Shown: positions 1 through 10,724 of the stretch, piece by piece | How the letters are laid out: each line of letters begins with the position of its first letter | Position numbering within the stretch: the first letter of the stretch is position 1 | Assembly: GCA_002633005.1 (NCBI GenBank) | Contig: NMRA01000054.1 | Location: forward strand, 252,952-316,951 | Direction: 5' to 3' | Source of the DNA: Phoronis australis | Taxonomy: Eukaryota; Animalia; Phoronida | Length of the DNA stretch: 64,000 nucleotides | Translations under genes and position numbers: made by a program | Notes under the pieces: model-generated | What the model was told of the DNA's origin: nothing | Databases searched by the model: none | What the model saw: only the letters and a program-made list of their open reading frames with translations

Positions 1-1018
1 TTAAAAACGCGCCTGCCTGAAATGTCTAGAAATTCAAGTTAGGAAACGTTGTCAATTCCGAGGTGTGAAGAATACAAAGTCTGGACAGAGTCGTACGAAA
101 GAATGTATTGAATGCCTCATTTTTGTCGGAAGCTAAACCTTTCTCATCCAGAACACCTTCTTGTGAAACTGGGAGTTAGTTTAATTGCACTCTTTCCACA
201 TCGCCCGTTTTGAAAATCAGAGTTTCCTCTGGCCAACAATCCAATATGTTTTAAAGACTATTCGAAAAATTAAACGTTGTATATCTTCCTTTATTTTAAC
301 ACTGATTTGGTATTTAAAACTCTTAGTACACGTGTAAATTTCGAAATGGCGTTCTGTAGCGCTTAACACCCGCGAGACATATGCGGCGTGAAATTTTGCT
401 TTATGCAACGGAAATGGTCACTTGATGTTAAGCTTCCCCCACAGTTCATCATTCCAATCTCCCCAACCATGATTTTAGGTATTTAACTTCAACGTTATGT
501 TGTACTGTGATCAATATCTGTTGGACTCCAAGAGGAATACCGAGGTAATTTATCAAGAATCAAGAACGCCTAGGTTTACGACCAGAAAAACAAATAGGTA
601 TATAAAATGAACTGGAAGATGACCAGACAGAAAACCGCCATTGCCGTGGACTTCGGTCCATCACACGCCCGCTGAAAAAATAATTATATCGTGTTTAAAG
701 TGCATTATTTAGAAGTGTGTTTGGTCTAATTTAATTCATCAATACGAATCGTTTTGTGCGAGGTAATTAAATTGTAATGACGAAGGAGTGTGATCTCTTC
801 GTTAATTGTAAAACTTCAAAAGCAGTTTTAACCAACATACTGATACTATTGTCTTTAGCATTGCCCCCAGTCTTCCTCGGTATTCGTAATGCCTCATACA
901 TTGTAAGCCTCGCTTTCATTGCTAACCTGCGATCAATTCTTGCATGGATATTTTGCGGGGTAAGGAGAGGATTAAGCGCTTGCTGCATTAGTGAAACAAG
1001 TTAGAAACATCGTACTTG

Positions 1019-1021
<3 letters not shown>

Positions 1022-1092
<71 letters not shown>
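1022..1092. repeat. (GA)n microsatellite, about 35 units
   Basis: Uninterrupted agagag run seen directly. Confidence 0.98.
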
Positions 1093-1095
<3 letters not shown>

Positions 1096-2050
1096 TTGAT
1101 GGTTGGAATTCTGTTGCAGTCGTTGTCCTCCTACTAGTTTCCATTTAAGAAACGGTCAATATCGCGTTTTAAAAAATGATAAAATAATCCCTGTTTTAAT
1201 GATTTCAACCAATCCTCGTTCTATCACCTGCTAATGCATCATACGCGTCAATCTTGCAAGTTAAAGGCAGGAATCAACTAAAAACTCATACTCCATATGT
1301 CAGAGATTGGATATTCTGGTCCTTGGTGAGTGGTCTTTTCGCACAGTTGCCGTGTAATTCGCTAGAAGCGTAGGTCACGCTTGCCCATTTAGGCTTAGTA
1401 GACTTTGACAGGAGTTTTTAAATTTTCCTCCAAACTTTTGGGAGTTGTCGATTGTCACACAGCATTATTTTGATTCAGAGAACTGGATTGGAAAGTCGTT
1501 TGTAAAATCTACTAACAGGTCAAAACCAGGTTTAGTATCCTTTTAACTTTCAATATGATTTCACGATTTGCGAACGGTATATATTTAATGGTGCCCAGAT
1601 GACGCAAATCGATGTTGCATCATGAACTTTTACCACAAAGATGTGGCTCCACTGCTCTGGCGCGTCCCACAGGCACACTCGGCATGACGATAACTTTTCC
1701 CTGGACAACACTTGCAATCTCCCGTGCAGAGATTGAAGCATAGCATAGCATAAATATTCTCAATATACAAAATGTATGATCTTGCGCTCAAGTCGCAACT
1801 AACACTATTGGCCGCCACGTCACTGTTCACTAGCGGTGCCAAGTGTGATGCACGGTTTTACTTCCGCCCAACATGTCGTCTGCTTACTAAATGGAAAGTG
1901 ACATTAAGGAGTGTAGTACAATTCTTCGGACTTGGTGACATCTCTTCCGAGAATTTCGTTGTTGTGAATCTATTGCCTATACTCTGTGATGGAAGCTACA
2001 AGGTATCTCTGATTTTATCAACCAATCTCTTGCCACACTTAAGTTGGTAC

Positions 2051-2154
2051 TAGTCACATACAAGGGTCCTGCAATTTGAAAACCACTTGGTTTTCTCCAC
2101 TGAATAACGGTCATCAAACTGGTTCTCAAAATCCGGGACCCCTGTAAGTGACTA
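2051..2154. mobile_element. Short TA-bounded fold-back MITE
   Basis: The left end tagtcacatacaagggtcctgcaatttgaaaaccac is an imperfect inverted repeat (about 40 bp) of the right end ctggttctcaaaatccgggacccctgtaagtgacta. Confidence 0.6.
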
Positions 2155-2160
2155 TTGCCC

Positions 2161-2557
2161 TTAAAGATGCATTTGCATGCTCCTGACTATGCTCATGTAT
2201 AGCAGGAACGAAACGGCAGTGTGATTTTAACACAATCTACGCTAAATAAAGTGCAGCTGTATTCATTGACAACTTTTAAATGTGAAAAATATGCAAATAA
2301 GTGACCTCTGCACTAATGACGTACCTCACAGGCTCACACAGCCTGCAATGCATCATGCAGTGTTCTCCAGCACCACGTCACCGGACACGGTTCATTGGCT
2401 TGCGGCAGATCATTTATAGCTCAAAACTCGTCCTTAAAAACATTTGACAATTTTCAACCTACTTCACATATTCACATCGTCGCTATGTGGTATTTTTCTA
2501 TTTAATTTGGCCAAGTAATCACAGATTTAAGCAATTAGCCTGCAAATTCCACTTTAA
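2161..2557. mobile_element. TTAA-flanked non-autonomous DNA element (Kolobok/piggyBac-like termini); second partial copy at about 44049-44328
   Basis: Ends ttaaagatgcatttgca and tgcaaattccactttaa. The internal sequence gcaaataagtgacc..tgcactaatgacgtacc...ctgcaa.ttccactt recurs at 44049-44328. Confidence 0.6.
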
Positions 2558-2941
2558 GCTTACCGTCCTCAGGATTTTTAGCCATCATCAACGCTTCATT
2601 TTTATGGGCTGAACTTAAAAAGTCTGACGAGATACAAGGAAATGACGGCAGCTTTCATTATACAGTGTTTTCCTTTCGCACTAATTTATTTGGATTGCGT
2701 TTCGTAATCACAAGGCCCTCGCAAGAAAAGGTAGTGTGATCGCGTTGATTGTGCTCAAGGGGGCTGTGACACAAAACAAATTGCCCTATAACACATCAAA
2801 AGTCTAATAGTTGGATACCTGCTTCTGGAGAGAGGGGGCAGTTTGGCCTTACGCATACTCAGATGGTTATCTGTGGTGTTACCTCTCAAAATATTAACAT
2901 GATGTAGATAAACTGTACTAATATGGGAAATTAAATGAGAT

Positions 2942-3190
2942 CATACGCGCACCCAGCCTAAAAAATGGGGGCTCGAATTTTTGAGAATGTGGGCCTTTTA
3001 AAAAATTCACAGAGCTATGAATGTGCATTTGCCGAATTGTGGTAGTTTCTGCCTTTTTATTAGACTTTCGTCGCGTTTTCTACATTTTTCGGAGTTTTGT
3101 TTTTCTGAGGTGGACCTCAAGTTTTGCAGACTTCGCTAATGGGGGTTCATTCGACCCCCCCCCCCCTACCTCACCCTGGATGCGCGTATG
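2942..3190. mobile_element. MITE with 15-bp TIRs and a 5-bp TSD (GAGAT)
   Basis: catacgcgcacccag ... ctggatgcgcgtatg (1 mismatch); gagat lies directly at 2937-2941 and at 3191-3195. Confidence 0.75.
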
Positions 3191-3288
3191 GAGATAGGAT
3201 ATGAGATCAGATGAAATATCTTCTGTGGATTGGAGCTAGAACGTCGTAATTGCAGTCTTGTTACAATGTTTGGAGTTCTATCATAGAT

Positions 3289-4100
3289 TTTCTTCTTCTT
3301 CTCATTCGTCAAATAGTCAAATCTGTTTTGCCAATGAATGCTGCCGTCCTCTGCAGGTCATCTAGGCTGCCGTTGAGTTTCTTGTCAAGCGGGATTGGGT
3401 GAAAGCCACACTTCTTTCCTCTTTTCCTCATACAATGGGCATGTCTGGAGGATGTGTTTCGTGGTCTGGCTGTCCGTATCGCATGGACACAGCTCCGACA
3501 GGCCAATACGGAATTTGTTGAAAAGGTGACATTTGAGCCGATTGTGGCCAGTCCTCAACCTTAAAATTATGACCTACTCCCTTCTTGAGGTCTGATTGTA
3601 TAGTTCGGTTTTGTTGTACTTTGGGTGCAGGTGGTTCCAGTTTTCTTTCTGCCCAGCCTTGATGATGGTCTTGACTTCACTGTAGCTGGTCTCTCTTTCT
3701 GTCTGTTCTTTTTGTGCTCCTTAATTTGTAAGTGTGTCTGCCGTTTCATTTCCATGCACATTACAATGTGAGGGGATCCACTGCAGTGTCACGTTGTGAT
3801 TTCTACACAGGGAGATCAAGGCAGATGGCAGTTCATTTAGTTCAGGGTTTTTTTCCAGACTTCAGTGCTTGGAGGACAGATAGTGCATAGGTCAGGAAAA
3901 CAACCTGTTTGGATGTATGGGAGCTGTCCTTCAAATGATGTGCTGCCAATATCAATGCTTCTGCTTTAGCTCTATAGTTTGTCGAGTACACGCCTGTTGC
4001 CATACTCAATTGTTCCTCTCTTGCCTCTGGATATTGGATGTAGACACCAGCTCCTCCATTTATCATAGATTTAACTGTTGCAATATATGTTGCCAGGCAG
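3289..4100 (-). mobile_element. 5'-truncated, decayed non-LTR retrotransposon (I-group-like) with RNase H, C-terminal CCHC finger and (GAA)n tail
   Basis: Minus-strand frames read GGAGVYIQY..STNYRAKAEAL..VVFLTYALSVLQAL and VTLQWIPSHCNVHGNETAD (RNase H motifs), then LRLRTGHNRL..CPCDTDSQTTKHILQTCP. The ttcttcttct run near 3289-3302 is the 3' tail. Stops and frameshifts are present. Confidence 0.85.
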
Positions 4101-7100
4101 TACCCAACAAGTTTAAAGGCGAGGCTTATGTCGCAAAAGTGATGTTTGAGACATCCACGTTCGTTGTTCAATAACAATTAGTGTAATGAATTTCCAACAC
4201 ACTCTTGACTAGTGCTGACTTAATCAATCTTGCTAACTGTTTCATTTGTTCACAGTTTATAGCGACCAAAAACTAGCCTTTCGTCGCAAAAATGATTTAG
4301 TCAAATTCAAGCACTTCCTTAAACGAAATATGTTGGATTTCTGAGCTCCGAAAGAAATGACACGGATCTAAAGTGCACGTTATAACCTTATCACGATGCG
4401 TCATTATTTCATTCGCCTCTCACAGTCTCGAGTACATAATATCTCTGCGTCATGTCCATCCTGCATCACGGAGCTCGGTCAATTTCCACAATAACAAATG
4501 TATGTATTACATAATACAAATAAATAAATTCTTGTTTCATATTTTTGCATTTTGTTTAATCTAAGACTTAGAGAGCTAGCATCTGGATTACGTCTAACAT
4601 CTGGGTATGCGTAAGGCAAAATAACATGAGATACCTTTGTATAGAAGTATACCTTTGTAAATAGCACCGATACCTTATAGAGTTATAACACACAGATCGC
4701 AAAGAGGTTAACTACACAAACCGAATATTTTCTTCATAAAGCTATTTGAAAAATCTTAAGTAGGTGTTGTTGATTACAACATAACGTTATTAACTAACTT
4801 ATAGATACTGATACTAGGATTAATGAACCTGAAGGATGGAAAAATGTATTCCAGGTGGACATGGTTCGATTTGAACAAATTAAGTTGTATTATAAATATA
4901 TTTCTTTGGCAAATAAAAGCAAAATCCGAGCTTAATACATCATGGCCTTTCTTATGATTTGATGTTTTTGTAATTCAGAATTATGTCATTCTTTTTTGGT
5001 AATAGAAGAATACCTCTGGTCTACAATCATGAAAACTGCCCTTGTTGTCCGTAATAACATAAAGATAAATTACTGTTTATGCCTAGCATTAAGAACATAA
5101 CTACTGTTTGTGCCTAGCACTGAGAACCAAGGTGGCAAGTGAAACTCGGCGATTTTCTTTGGAAGTACGCTCCTTTATCACGAGCTCGACAGAGGTTAGT
5201 GTCTTACAATTCCATTGAGGCAAAACCACACGGGACGGAATCAGTCGACTTCGTTACTTGCAGACGTTTAGAAGCATTTTTCATGTACAACAAAGTGTTG
5301 TCGCCCCCGCACCAACACTGAGACATGCATCAGAACATGTAGTTGTTGGTAACAACTTCACAAAACAACGAAGCATTAATCACTCATTCAATTACCAAAA
5401 GAACAACGTCTTGGATAAGTTCGAGTAAATATTGAGAGTCGTGTAAAGGTACTCAGGGGATTTTGAAATTAGGGCAAACTCTAATCAGTTTCTCTACTTT
5501 AGCATTTCCCAGTGCTGCGAATGTTCTTGAAAAGGTTAATGAGGGTCTAAAGCAATATTTTAAAATATTCATGTATGCAGCTCCCCAGTAGAGTACGAAA
5601 ACCTGGACAAAGTCGCTTCGACTTTCAGATTCATAGAACGTTTTGTAGCACAAACTAAATTCGACGAAACGTCTTTCCATAGATGTAATTCTTTTTGAAC
5701 ATAGCATTACACTGAACTTTTTTATATAAATATATTTTAATTTGAAAATCGAAACTCATTTGATGTTCCAAATAATCGACAGCAAACGAAGTAGTGTTTG
5801 GGAGAGAATTGTCTCTAAGTCTGTAAACGCATCATGCATTTGGATTACGAACGCGAAGCATTCGTTTTTAATTGCCGCGGATAGAGTTTTCGATCCAATC
5901 TCATGATCATTGCATTTTCTCTATGCCGTGGATCTTTATCGTTATCCCGCACAACAGTGCGCTCGCACTTACAGACATTCCTCACTTGCAAACACAGCTC
6001 ACGGATCTCGTGTAAACTCAGTTCAATCACTTACAAAGTCACCGAACTCGGGCTCACGAAACACGACATACGCACCCTAAAGGCAAAGATCTCGAACTCA
6101 CATCCACTAAAGAACACGGCTCACGGACCGCAAGCAAGGTCCGCGAACTCTTAGCTGCTCATCCAATTTTTCATGGCATGAATGAGTATTCGCGTGACTA
6201 GACTCTATTAGAAATAGAGTTTGGTGCAGATATGTAACATCTGGTTCATGATTGGTTAATCACCAATGAGATAAACTGGTTTATTCAAATCCGTTCAACA
6301 TAAAAACATGTACAGTTTAAAAGTTACGACAATCTATGGAGGTTTTCGGTTCCTCTCATCACTGAGCTTCCAAACTTCTAATTCACAGGACGGAAATTAA
6401 AATCCAAAGCGAGGGTCACTGCGATAAACAAAGCGGAGGTTGACGTTGCGTGAGTTAAGTGGCTGGTCTTTCGAGTCCATCCTGGATATTAAATCTTTAA
6501 AATGTGTCAATAATTAACTGCAGAGACGTAGAAAAATACAGTAGAGAACAAGCCAACGAATTAAAGAGTTGTCTGACATAATTTTTTTTCGGTAAACTAT
6601 ATTCGAAACATGAAAAGTAAATGTGACCAAATTGTGTCAATTGTGTTACGGATTAGGTGTATATTCTGAATGCAGGGTTACGTTTCTTCTTGTAAATTGT
6701 TGATAAGAAGGCTTTCTACACGAACCAGGTCATCTGCTCGTATTTTTGACGTGTTGAAGATATATTTGACAGTGGTGGCTCATCGCATTTTGCTGTCATG
6801 TGCAAGTCACATCTGGTTTAATTTGTTGATCAAGAATATTAACATCAAGCATAGCCTAGGCCCTGCACTGGGTTCTAACGGTTGATTTGTCATTAGCCTG
6901 CAAGAATGATTGACCTTATAAATTATTTTTTATCAAAATAAAAAACTGGCTGGTAATTGAAGCTAAAAATTATTTGACCATTTGGTTTTAATAATTCTTA
7001 CATCTATTTCGTGTGTTAGGTTTCAAATATCAATCTGGACCAAATTGAATGTTAAAATTAAAACACCTAATTCGTTCGTTCAAAGCATAACATGAAAAAA

Positions 7101-7289
7101 TAACCCATCTCGTTTTAGAGCTTAATTTCAATTAACTGGGCAGAACAAGCATAATTATCGTGTTCCTTCAGGGCCTCGTTCATCCGAGGGGAAAGGTGCT
7201 TGTGCCTCCTGAGAGGGCAGGAAATGAGGAGGAAATTTTGCCTCCCGATCACCATCAATAGCAACCCCGCCCTGTTGCAAGCTCTCATA

Positions 7290-7438
7290 CATGGGAGGCG
7301 CACCATAGGGGGCTGGGGGGCTATAGCCTCCACTTTTTTCAGTGCTACGCCTCATATGGTCTATAGTCGGTGCACCACAGGGGCTGAGGTGGCTTTAGTC
7401 CCCCCCCCCCCACTTTTTTCTGTGTTGCGCCGCCCATG
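7290..7438. mobile_element. GC-rich MITE with CATGGG.GGCGCA TIRs
   Basis: catgggaggcgcacca ... tgttgcgccgcccatg; flanks tcata and gcata form a near 5-bp TSD; two internal copies of a ggggct...ccactttttt unit. Confidence 0.65.
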
Positions 7439-8555
7439 GCATAGGCTCTGTCTCAAGTAGCATTTTGTGCCCTTTAAATTGTCATCTGTGTCGTCACAAG
7501 TGATTTGAACTTCGAGGGGAAATTTTCAACCATTTTAGGGGAATTTTTAGGCCTCGTGAGGGGAATTTAGCGTGATTTTTCAATGTTTTTTGAGAGGGAA
7601 ATAGAGCCGATATTCGTCCCCAAAATCGAGGGATTGAAGGCAACCGTGTCATCATTCGGCAACGGTAACCTGAGTTTAGGGAGGCCAAACGCGATACAAA
7701 ATTCATGTTATAGAAATGTTACTACATACTTGTAAACAATATTTGAGTAAAGTTTCTTTATTTGCTCAAATGTTTTTGGTGACTATTTTTTTCCAAACCA
7801 GATTGCAGTTTAACTCCTCAATAGGAACCTCTGTTCTTTCACCTGAGTGGCATTTCTACATCTAAATGGAACATTCACTATGAATTTTCTACCTGAAGTT
7901 TCAAAAGCCTCAAATTCGATTTAAACGGTTCTTCACCAAACAACTTACACGCTCTTACACGAGTTGTTTTCCATGACATTTGATTTTTGTCAGTTTTTGG
8001 TGATCAAACTAACAACAGTACATCTATGTCTTACTATTTCGATTCTCGGGAGTTGGTACAATTCGACGAACCAGATTTTGTTTTTGATGTATGCTTAGCT
8101 GGTTAAAAAGGAAAATCGAATTAGGTCTTAAAATCGGTCGCAGAATATTCTTTACCGTGATAGGATTCCATTCCTGTTACTTACTCAAGTCACAAGCAAC
8201 TTGTACATTCACCATTTTCGAACTCGGAATTTTACGATTGACTAATCCCAATAAACTATGAACCATTTTTGAATGGCTGATGGTTCCATGTTCTTGCTGG
8301 CAACGGAGATAAAATCCTGTTACGGAAAGTAATATTATGAGACCAATGTTATGACATTAAATGATCGATATAATTCGATTTCGATTTCGTTTTTTAGCCA
8401 GTTAACCTGGAAGAAATGCAGCTTTAAGACAACAACGATCTTTTTAATTGCGAATAGCAGAACACGAAAATGCATGCTGCATAGCATAGTTAAGCTTTGA
8501 ACTGTTGGTTATTGAACATGAAGCAATTTTGCAATTATTTCTCTGCTTTTTGTAG

Positions 8556-9491
8556 GCTGAGCAGGGAAAATTAAACGAATTAGAGAAACTTACAGTCATG
8601 ACAAAAGTGTTGGAGCAGCTGAGTGATAATGAAAACGACAGCGACAGGAGGCGCCAGTTAGATGACCTCGGTGGGGGAAACATCCACTTGCGTCAGTTGG
8701 ACGACCTCGGTGCAGGAAATATTCACGGACGTCAATTGGATAGTTTGGGCGGTGGCAATATTCACGGGCGCCGTCAGTTGGACGACCTCGGTGGAGGAAA
8801 TATTCACGGACGTCAATTGGATAGTTTGGGCGGTGGCAACATTCACGGGCGCCGTCAGTTGGACGACCTCGGTGGAGGAAATATTCACGGACGTCAATTG
8901 GATAGTTTGGGCGGTGGCAACATTCACGGGCGACGTCAATTGGATAGTTTGGGCGGTGGCAACATTCACGGGCGACGTCAATTGGATAGTTTGGGCGGTG
9001 GCAACATTCACGGGCGCCGTCAGTTGGACAACCTTGGTGCAGGAATCATACACGGACGTGAGCTGGATGAGGCAGACGGACAGAGACAGCAACTGGATGG
9101 AGATGAGAACGATAGGTATTTGGACGACTTTCAAAAGCGACCATTCGACAGAATAGGCCATGGATTCGATAGTTTCGGGAAACGCCCTTTCGATAGGATA
9201 GGTCATGGATTCGATAGTTTTGGGAAACGCCCTTTCGACAGAATAGGCCATGGATTTGGCAGCTTAGCGAAACGCCCTTTCGATAGGATAGGTCATGGAT
9301 TTGACAGTTTCGGAAAACGCCCCTTCGACAGAATAGGCCATGGATTCGACAGCTTCGGAAAACGTCCTTTTGACAGGATAGGCCATGGATTTGACAGTTT
9401 CGGAAAACGCCCCTTCGACAGAATAGGCCATGGATTTGACAGTTTTGGCAAGCGGGCTGTTGAGAGCGGTGTATCCGGAGAAAGGAAATAG
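8556..9491 (+). CDS. Terminal coding exon of an orcokinin/pedal-peptide/FCAP-family neuropeptide precursor (signal-peptide exon not located)
   Basis: The acceptor tttttgtag|GCT at 8555/8556 is in frame with ORF 8598-9491. It encodes 10 x QLD[SDN]LG[GA]G[NI]IH[GL] flanked by R/RR (8655-9059), an acidic spacer, and 7 x PFDRIGHGF(DSFG/GSLA) flanked by KR (9141-9455). Stop TAG at 9489-9491. Confidence 0.92.
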   Translation, partial: AEQGKLNELEKLTVMTKVLEQLSDNENDSDRRRQLDDLGGGNIHLRQLDDLGAGNIHGRQLDSLGGGNIHGRRQLDDLGGGNIHGRQLDSLGGGNIHGRRQLDDLGGGNIHGRQLDSLGGGNIHGRRQLDSLGGGNIHGRRQLDSLGGGNIHGRRQLDNLGAGIIHGRELDEADGQRQQLDGDENDRYLDDFQKRPFDRIGHGFDSFGKRPFDRIGHGFDSFGKRPFDRIGHGFGSLAKRPFDRIGHGFDSFGKRPFDRIGHGFDSFGKRPFDRIGHGFDSFGKRPFDRIGHGFDSFGKRAVESGVSGERK

Positions 9492-10718
9492 TTGTATTTC
9501 ACACTTGTCAGGCATACCATCTTGTCATCTCATTCTACCAAACACCATGGACAAATACGCGTTAAATTGGTGTCGGTCACCAAACGATACCTTCCAACGC
9601 TTTTGGATTCACATGCCAGTGATACAGTATGATAAACGGTAAATTTCAAGCTATTTCTCCTCCAAATGGGCCAGGGTCCTAACATGTCGTAACTTTACAA
9701 AGCTTTTACACAGAGTTGAGATGTAGACTTGCGGCAAAACTTGCCACTGGCCGTACGCCTCTCTTTAGACTCTGTAAAAAAGTCAGGACATTTTAGTGAA
9801 ACGGGCCCCAGGAGTAATTGGCGTCGACGTGCCGCTGTGCATCTTATAGAAGCATTTCAACCTCGTGAACTCTGTGAAGCAGGCTAATTAACATTACCTA
9901 ACTGACCTTTCTATAATTTTGTTTGCCAATACCACCATTAGAAGGAATTGATTAACCACCTGCCATATGACACTGTTGTGGAAGGGTTAGCGAATCCCGC
10001 CAAAACTGAATTTTGGATAACCTTGATTGTTTACTTGGCTCTCGATGCCCTGGATGATTTTGTCTCCAAGTTGGAAATGTACGAGATATATTTTATGCGG
10101 TTACAAGACCCCCGGTTTATGAGTAAGGAGGAAATTTCCCGCGGTATTTTATGCAACGAGTCTTTGGCATAATTGAACCCAGGAAATATGGAAATTTTGT
10201 GAATGTAAAGAACATTTTTCAGGCAGCAACCATGTTCATATCGTAACACTGTTCTGACCACCTGGTTTTTCTCCGACGGACAACTGCGCAAATCATGTTA
10301 ATCAGTGGAAGACACTTAGTGTTCGGTCACGGAGCCTACATATTGCAAATGGGTACCCATTCGGTCTACATTGCCAGACAATTTAATCGTTAGGAAACTG
10401 TTGTTTCGCGTTTAAAAAGTTTGTAATTATCGACACGCCATTGGGACTCCTTCCTGAATGGCCTGGGTAATAACTTAAATTGCACAAACAATCACTTTGT
10501 CAAGATACTACAAGTGCTGTTATTTTATTGTTGGTTAATGTTGACGCGATGATAATCGTCACACATTAAACATATTATTATTTCAAATTCTCCTTATTGA
10601 GTGTTTCTATGTCAAAAACAAGGAACAAGGTGTACGACGATGTGTATGTTGTCATAGATTTTGTTAGTTTCTGGTTGTGACGTGCTTAATTTAACGAAAG
10701 GTTTCGGCTTCTGTTCAC

Positions 10719-10724
10719 AATAAA
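10719..10724 (+). promoter_or_regulatory. Candidate poly(A) signal of the neuropeptide gene (alternative ATTAAA at 10565-10570)
   Basis: AATAAA about 1.2 kb after the stop codon; no transcript evidence. Confidence 0.35.

Noticed and set aside
470-550. Candidate upstream exon of the neuropeptide gene (ATG...GAG|gtaatt)
   Set aside because: The donor phase would fit, but the translation MLYCDQYLLDSKRNTE has no hydrophobic signal peptide. No convincing signal-peptide exon was found in 1-8555.
8655-9455. Regular 39-45 bp repeats that could look like a CRISPR array
   Set aside because: There are no unique spacers. The units are in-frame peptide-coding repeats with synonymous variation, in a eukaryotic context.
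8658-9520. Repetitive ORFs 8658-9251(-), 8662-9156(+), 9264-9515(-) and 9293-9520(-)
   Set aside because: They are shadow frames of the neuropeptide repeat exon; only the 8598 frame has convertase sites and Gly amide donors.
9669-9812. Harbinger-like MITE in the neuropeptide 3' UTR (..tagtgaaacgggccccagg)
   Set aside because: Only one end looks like a TIR; the other is too degenerate to support.
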